Assembly (NCBI GenBank): GCA_963751255.1
Contig: CAVVTW010000005.1
Coordinates: 102,189-166,188, forward strand
Direction: 5' to 3'
DNA length: 64,000 nucleotides
Source of the DNA: an uncultured Gemmatimonadales bacterium
Lineage (GTDB): Bacteria > Gemmatimonadota > Gemmatimonadetes > Longimicrobiales > Gaopeijiaceae
Of this stretch, positions 57,670-64,000 are shown piece by piece (within the stretch, counting starts at the first letter, position 1; every line of letters begins with the position of its first letter). Under the pieces are notes generated by a model. The model worked only from the letters and a program-made list of their open reading frames with translations. It was not told the origin of the DNA and did no database searches. The position numbers and the translations under genes were made by a program.

Positions 57670-60600
57670 ATGATGCACCGAAGCCCGGCACTCGTGCCGA
57701 CTCCCCAGTGGCTGCTTCTTGTCGCCTTGTTCGCGGCCTCCGGTCCCATCCCGGCGGCGGCCCAGAATAGCCAGCTGGCCCGGGACCCGACACTCTTCGT
57801 GGTAGGGTACGCCCACCTGGACACGGAGTGGCGCTGGGACTACGAGACCACCATCCGCGAGTACCTGCCCAAGACCATCCGGGAGAACTTCGCCCTTTTC
57901 GAGAAGTACCCGCACTACGTCTTCAACTTCAGCGGCGCGAACCGTTACCGGATGATCGAGGAGTACTATCCGAAGGACTACGAGAAGCTGAAGGCGTACG
58001 TGGCGGAAGGCCGCTGGTTCCCCTCCGGCTCTTCCATGGAAGAGAACGACGTCAACGCTCCTTCGGCAGAATCGATCTTCCGACAGATCCTGTACGGCAC
58101 GCAGTATTTCAGGCGGGAGTTCGGAAGGACCAGCGCCGAGTACATGCTTCCGGACTGCTTCGGCTTCCCCGCCTCCCTGCCCAGCATCCTGGCACATGCG
58201 GGCATCAAAGGGTTCTCGACGCAGAAGCTGTCCTCGAGCTGGCAGCCCGCCGCGCGGGTGGGCGGCCCTGATTCCCCGCAACGCACCCCCGAAGGGCATC
58301 CCCTTCAATGTCGGCATCTGGGAAGGGCCGGACGGCATCGAGCATCATCGCCGCCCTCAACCCCGGCAGCTACTCCGGCTCCGTCACGTATGACCTGACC
58401 AGGACACCACCGGCGCCGCCACCGCCGGACTCCACCAACCCGAGGCGACGGCCCCGAGAGCTCGTCGACTGGCCCGGACGCGTGCAGTGGAACGGCGAGT
58501 CCAGCGGTCTGTTCGCCGACTACATGTACTACGGGACCGGGGACACGGGAGGCTCCCCGACGGAAGCATCGGTGAAGCTCATGGAGGCCATCGTCACCCG
58601 GAGCCGTACCGTCCTCCCGCCACCATTCGGAAGAAGGTGGAGCGACGAGACCCCCGCTCCTGCGGCGGAGGCCCTGGTCGGGCGACGGCCCCTTGCACGT
58701 CGTCCCGCGCCACCGCCGAGCAGATGTTCCTGGCCATCGGCCCGGAGGAGACCTCCCGGCTACCGCGCTACAAGGGCGACCTGGAGCTGATCAACCACTC
58801 GGCGGGCTCCATCACCTCCCAGGCCTACATGAAGCGGTGGAATCGGCAGAACGAGGTTCTGGCCGACGATGCCGAGCGGGCCTCGGTTCTCGCCGAATGG
58901 CTGGGCGGGGCCCCCTACCCCATCGCGCGCCTGAACTCGGCCTGGACCCTGGTGATGGGGAGCCAGTTCCACGACATCATTCCGGGAACCAGCATTCCCA
59001 AAGCCTACGAGTACGCGTGGAACGACGAGTTGCTGGCCCTGAACCAGTTCTCCGGGATCCTCACCCACGCTGTGGGCGCCGTGGCTTCCACGCTGGACAC
59101 GAACGTCCGGGGTAGCGCCATCGTGGTCTACAATCCCCTGAACATCCGGCGTGAGGACGTCGTGGAGGCGAGAGTGTCCTTCCCCGGCGGCACGCCCAGG
59201 GCGGTGCGAGTGACGGGACCCGACAGCCAGCCGGTGCCGGCTCAGCTCACTGCGGACGGTACGGTGCTCTTCCTGGCCACGGTGCCGTCGGTGGGTTTCA
59301 CCGTCTACGACGTTGCTCCCGCCGACGCGCCTACTCCGGCCGAAACGGCCATGGCGGTCACCGAGTCCTCCCTGGAGAATGGCCGGTACCGCGTGCGCCT
59401 GGACGAGAACGGCGACATTGCTAGCATCTACGACAAGGACCTGGAGAAAGAGGTGCTCTCGGGCCCCGCACGGTTGGAGATCAAGACCGACAATCCCCGC
59501 AACTGGCCGGCATGGAACATGGACTGGGAGGACCAGGAACGGGCCCCCAGGGCGTACGTGGAGGGGCCGGCCCGGGTGAGGATCACCGAGCGCGGCCCCG
59601 CCCGGGTGGCGCTCGAAGTCGAGCGGGAAACGGAAGGCTCACGCTTCATCCAGACCATTCGCCTCGCTGCCGGTGACGCCGGAAACCGGATCGAGTTCGC
59701 CAACGTCATCGACTGGGCGACCCGTGAGGCGCACCTGAAGGCCGTCTTCCCCTTCACGGCCTCCAACTCCTCTGCGACGTACAACCAGGACGTCGGCACC
59801 ATCGAGCGGGGCAATGACGACGAGCGCCAGTTCGAGGTCGCCTCACACCAATGGTTCGATCTCACGGACCGGAGTGGGAGCTTCGGCGTGACCGTCCTCT
59901 CCGATACCAAGCTCGGATCGGACAAGCCCGACGACCACACCCTCCGCCTCACGCTCATGCGCACGCCGGGGACCCAGGGCGGATACGAGGACCAGGGCAC
60001 ACAGGACATCGGCCGCCACGAGCTCGTGTACGGTCTCGCGCCCCACGCATCCGGCTGGAGGGAGGCCAGGACTGACTGGCAGGCCCAGCGGCTGGATCAG
60101 CCCCTGGTCGCCTTCCAGAGCTCGAGCCACGCCGGAACGCTGGGCAGGGAGCTCTCGCTTCTCCGCGTGTCCAGCGATCGAGTGCGGGTTCTGGCCCTCA
60201 AGAGGGCGGAGGAGAGCGACGAGTACGTGATCCGCCTCGTGGAGCTCGCCGGGCAGCCGGCGTCCGACGTGCGGGTGGCGTTTGCCGCACCCGTCACGGC
60301 GGCCCGGGAGGTCAACGGATCGGAGATGCCCGTGGGGCCGGCCGAGATCCGGAACGGCGAGCTGGTGACCGACCTCGGGCCCTATCAGCCCAGGACCTTC
60401 GCCCTTCGTCTCGCGCCGGCGCCGGCCCAGGCCGAGGTGCATCGGGTGCGAGCCGTCACCCTGGCCTACAACCAGGCCGTAGCGAGCCCTGACGGTACCG
60501 TGGCCGCCGGACGGTTTGACGGTTCGGGCCGGAGCCTGCCGGCAGAGATGCTCCCGGACCAGATCCGGTTTGGCGGGGTCCCCTTCATGGTAGCGCCCGG

Positions 60601-61159
60601 AAGCCAGATGAACGCCGTGACCGCGCGAGGCCAAACCGTGGCCCTCCCCGCCGGCGACTGGAACCGCATCTACCTGCTGGCCGCCGCCGATGGCGACCAG
60701 ACGGCAGAGTTCGAGGTGGGTGGAACCTCCGTGGAACTGACGATTCAGGACTGGACCGGCTACATCGGTCAGTGGGACAATCGCACATGGACCACGAGAG
60801 AGGAGCCGGTGCCGCCGCGCCCCGACGCACCGGCCGGCGCGCCGCCCCGGGTGCGCACCGTGAGCGAAGCCACGGGGCTGATCCCAGGGTTCGTCAAACG
60901 GGCCCCGGTGGCCTGGTTCGCATCCCACCGTCACGGCACCGACGGCACGAACGAGCCGTACCAGTACTCGTACCTGTTCGCCTACGGCGTGGATGCCCCC
61001 GCCGGGGCGAGAACCCTGACGCTACCCGACAACGACCGGATCCGGATCCTGGCCGTCACCGTGGCGGACGAGCCTTCCCGGGTCGTGCCCGCCCACCCGC
61101 TCTACGACACGCTGGAGAGGGCCAAGGACGACTGGAGGTTTTTCCCCGAGGGGAGGTGA
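57670..61159 (+). CDS. GH38 alpha-mannosidase-like secreted protein, four frameshifts
   Basis: The signal peptide is followed by VVGYAHLDTEWRW. Extra bases occur near 58279, 58337, 58683 and 58705. It is split over ORFs 57541-58398, 58196-58393, 58308-58790, 58693-59115 and 58487-61159. The C-terminal 800 aa is continuous. Confidence 0.8.
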
Positions 61160-61224
61160 ATGCGCCGCCGGCCCCTCCCGGATCCCGAGGGAAAGGACGT
61201 GCCCCGCGGCCGGTGCCGCAGGGC

Positions 61225-61262
61225 AAGGCAGGCGAGCCGTGGAGCTCCGGCCCGCCTGCCTT
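61225..61262. terminator. Perfect 10-bp hairpin between convergent GH38 and S8 genes
   Basis: AAGGCAGGCG, an 18-nt loop, then CGCCTGCCTT. Confidence 0.5.
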
Positions 61263-61296
61263 CGATGCCGTAGGGCTGTACCGGCCGTTGAGCGCT

Positions 61297-62901
61297 TCAG
61301 CCGCACCTCACGGCCTTCCCCCGGGTCCGGCAGACGACGGTCTGAGTAGCCTGATCCGTGCCGGTCCCGTCCGACACCATCAGGGTGACGCCGTAGTCGG
61401 CTTCCACGTCCGGGAAGGTATGGGTAACGCTCTCCCCGGAGTCCGACCCATCGGTCCCGAACGTCCAGTCCCAACTCGTGGCTCCGGTGGATCCACTCCC
61501 GTCGAAGTTGCAGTCCAGGCCCTTGCAGGAATAGGTAAAGGCGGCGGTGAGCGGCCCAGGCGGCGGGGACGACGCCCCTTCATTCAAGGTGCTATTCGTC
61601 ACCGCCCGGTAGCTGTTGAGTCGGCCGTTCCCGAACTGGGTGTCGTAACCGGCGGGCCCGAGGTCGTCCGCTGTGCCGAGGATCTGCGACCGCAACGCGC
61701 TTCCCTTGAGGCCATCCACCGAGGCCACCACGGCGGCCGTACCCGTGACCTGGGGAGCGGCCATGGAGGTTCCCTGGTAGTAGGCGTACCCTCCCCGGAC
61801 CGAGCTGTAGATCCCGGCTTCGCTCGTGGTGTTGGAGTAGAGCTCACCCCCGGGAGCCGTGATGTCCAGTCCATCGCCCCAGTTCGAGTAGTAGGCGAGC
61901 CCGTCCTGCCAGTTGCTGGCCGCCACCGAGATGGCGTTGGGGTCGCAAGCCGGGCAGCTCACGGTACCGGTGCCCCCGTTCCCAGCCGAGGCGATGACGA
62001 GGGCGTCGAGGCTCGTGGCATAGTCGATGGCGTCCGCTTCCGCCTGACTCTCCGAGCTCCCCCCCAGGCTCAGGTTCATGGCTACGACACCCTCATCGGT
62101 GGCGGCGTAGATGGCATCCACGATCGCCGAGGTCGGACAGCCCAGGGGGCCGCATACCCGGTACACGTAGACCGTCACGTTACTGGCCGCGCCGGCCACG
62201 CCGGCTACACCGACCGTCCTTCCCACCATCGTCCCCGTGGTGTGAGTGCCGTGGTCGTCCTCGTCGGTGGGATCGTCGTCGTCGCTGTAGAAATCATGGC
62301 CGGCGATGAGATCTGCCCCTCCGGCCGCGACATCGAACTCCGTATGTCCGAAATCCACGCCCGTGTCGATGCTCGCGATGGAGACGGACCCGCCGCCCGT
62401 CGCGTACGCTTCGACATTGTCCTCGTCGGCGTCATCGGTGGAGAGGTAGGAGGATACGGGCTGGTTCTTGTTCCTGCCCCGTGTGAAGCTCACCGACAGG
62501 TCGCCCGGATTGTAGAAGGCCCAGAGCCGGGAATCGATCCCGGTCGGCTGACGAAGGTAATCCGGCTCGGCCCATACGACCCGAGCGTCGCCCCTCATCC
62601 TCGCCGCCAGGGCCCGCTCGTTCCCCACAGCTCCCCGGAACACGGCGAAAGCCCCCCGTGCGCCGGAGCGCTCGAAGGCCACGCCGTTGGCCTGGGCCAC
62701 GGCCTAGGGATCTGCCTCGGGCGCCAACCGGGCGAGGACGCGCCCGGGCATAACCCGCTCCGCCCGCTGAAGAACGAGGGCGCTCGGCTCGGCGGAAGGC
62801 TCGGCAACGGAGTCAACGGAAGCGACGGGCTGGGACAGGTCCTGGCATGCGGCGAGGGCCATGGCGAGGATCCCGGCGACGAGGATCAGGGTGCGGCGCA
62901 T
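61297..62901 (-). CDS. Subtilisin-like S8 serine protease lipoprotein with C-terminal PKD-like domain, interrupted by an in-frame TAG
   Basis: The triad contexts are SIDTGVD, HGTHTTG and GTSMAAP. The N-terminal piece is MRRTLILVAGILAMALAACQD...RLAPEADP. TAG at 62704-62706 (complement) follows. The same frame then continues AVAQANGVAFERSG... Confidence 0.8.
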
Positions 62902-62989
62902 TGGGGAGCCTCCCTTGTCGGTTTCGGTCACGGGCGACAAGCGAGGCTACCCCGGGTGGGAGATTCGGTGCCGCCGGAATCCGACTACC

Positions 62990-64000
62990 CTAGTGGAACC
63001 TCAGCCATTGGCGCATCCGGCGGGTCAGAACCAGGGGGATCTCCAGCTGGGGGCGCCACCGAGACCGTTGGATGCGCCGCTTGGCACCGTACCACGCACC
63101 ATGCATCCGGGCCGAATGGGATCGTCGGCCCACCGAGCTCTCTGCGATCACCGAGTCTCCGGTCTTGAATTCCGCCTTGTAGCGTTCGTTCCCCGTGCCG
63201 AGATCGATGCGTCGGATTCCCCGCTCCGCACTCGCTTCGGCGAGTCGCAGGAGGAGAATGAGGCGGGGCGAGTATCGTGAATACGCCAAGTTGTAGGCGG
63301 GGAACCAGACGTGCAGCGCGCTGCGGCTCCGCAAGCCCATGTTGACCGCGACCAGCTGGTCGCCCGCGTAGAGTGCGGACAGAGGCCCTCCCCAGAGCTC
63401 CGCATCGCAGGCACGCACCGCTTCCAGCAATGAGACCACCCACGGAAATCGAAAGACCTGGAGGATCTTGCTGCGACGATACTGGGCCGACTTCCACTCG
63501 AGCAGTGAAGAGAACACCTCCGGGTCCTGGGAGTGGAACTCGAACCGCAGCGGACCACATTCGCGCTCGAGCTTGCGGCTCTTACGGTCCACCTCCTCGA
63601 GCCTCGACCCGGACCTCTTCTTGTCCAGCCGGTATTCGCCGTAGCCGCTCGCCAAGTCGATGTAGGGGGAGAGGGCCTTACCCCAGACATAGGGGTTGAA
63701 GGCCACTTGCGACGCGGGCACGTGGTCGAAGTGCCAGGAGGTGATGCCGCAGGCCCTGCACAGGTCCTTTGGAGACCAGAGGAGGCCGGCGGGACAAACG
63801 GCGCCGTGGAACTCGGAGAGGCGGCCCACCACGGCCTGCGCCTTTCCATGTCGGCCGCGCTGGAAAGGGAAGAAGCCGACACGGCCGCCCCGGTCGCTCA
63901 TGACCACGACCTCCACGTCCTTCCGGACGGAAGCCGTCAGCCGTACGAGCTCCGGCCGGAACCAGGGGCTGTGCAGGGAGGGATCGGCCAGTTGCACGGC
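62990..64000 (-). CDS. CelD/BcsL-like GNAT (Acetyltransf_6 / FemAB-like) protein, 5' end probably beyond the window
   Basis: ...KSRKLERECGPLRFEFHS...LLEWKSAQYRRSK... and ...VWFPAYNLAYSRYSPRLILLLRLAEASAERGIRRIDLGTGNERYKAEF. The frame is still open at base 64000. Confidence 0.6.
   Translation of the reverse strand, partial: AVQLADPSLHSPWFRPELVRLTASVRKDVEVVVMSDRGGRVGFFPFQRGRHGKAQAVVGRLSEFHGAVCPAGLLWSPKDLCRACGITSWHFDHVPASQVAFNPYVWGKALSPYIDLASGYGEYRLDKKRSGSRLEEVDRKSRKLERECGPLRFEFHSQDPEVFSSLLEWKSAQYRRSKILQVFRFPWVVSLLEAVRACDAELWGGPLSALYAGDQLVAVNMGLRSRSALHVWFPAYNLAYSRYSPRLILLLRLAEASAERGIRRIDLGTGNERYKAEFKTGDSVIAESSVGRRSHSARMHGAWYGAKRRIQRSRWRPQLEIPLVLTRRMRQWLRFH

Noticed and set aside
62704-62706. Pyrrolysine or programmed read-through at the in-frame TAG of the S8 protease
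   Set aside because: There is no pyl gene context. The position is a non-catalytic propeptide site with no reason for a special residue. A plain nonsense substitution or base-call error is far more likely.
1-64000. tRNA, rRNA, tmRNA or other known RNA genes
   Set aside because: I saw no T-loop/acceptor-like GGTTCGAATCC-type motifs or rRNA-like conserved blocks while reading both strands. This visual scan is not exhaustive, so tRNAscan/Infernal should still be run.

Overview
GC-rich bacterial chromosomal segment with about 50 protein-coding genes. I recognised no rRNA, tRNA or CRISPR array. The gene content is a PadR plus duplicated FtsX-type (ADOP-like) permease pair, two ~1000-aa BNR/Asp-box sortilin-like propellers, many secreted M14/M28/S8/C45 peptidases, GH38/GH43 glycosidases and a fused membrane/spermidine-synthase protein. 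This suggests a Gemmatimonadota/Acidobacteriota-like organism, which is inference only.

Layout:
- 1-4.9 kb: a decay zone holding an RND pump remnant, intact bacterioferritin, a GH43 remnant, a truncated IS3-family element, a serine-recombinase scrap and a lone AAA ATPase.
- 4.9-26 kb: a DUF3137-like/LemA pair, a thioredoxin-fold lipoprotein, then a run of secreted hydrolases plus an MFS transporter and an L,D-transpeptidase.
- 26-35 kb: cfa, an unknown repeat membrane protein, an atypical LuxR-type regulator and an OMF-MFP-RND efflux operon.
- 35.8-39.3 kb: a minus-strand peptidoglycan-turnover-like cluster.
- 39.5-49 kb: a spermidine-synthase-like membrane protein, a MacAB-type ABC exporter, a histidine kinase, an NtrC-type activator and an OM beta-barrel gene.
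- 49-64 kb: a CPBP protease, cytochrome c, an acyltransferase, PadR/ADOP, GH38, an S8 protease and a CelD-like GNAT.

I did not find a convincing multi-gene novel system. The observations most worth a second look are:
1. A Trx-fold lipoprotein whose only interruption is an in-frame TGA exactly at the first Cys of the CxxC motif (candidate selenoprotein).
2. About 28 single-base frameshifts, 26 of them +1 by my hand reconstruction, clustered in patches inside otherwise full-length genes. This looks more like a consensus artefact than like decay.
3. Genuinely decayed mobile-element junctions near the left end.
4. Two uncharacterised repeat-containing membrane proteins.
5. A possible sigma54 enhancer/promoter module.

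All family names come from motif recognition by eye and need HMM/BLAST confirmation.
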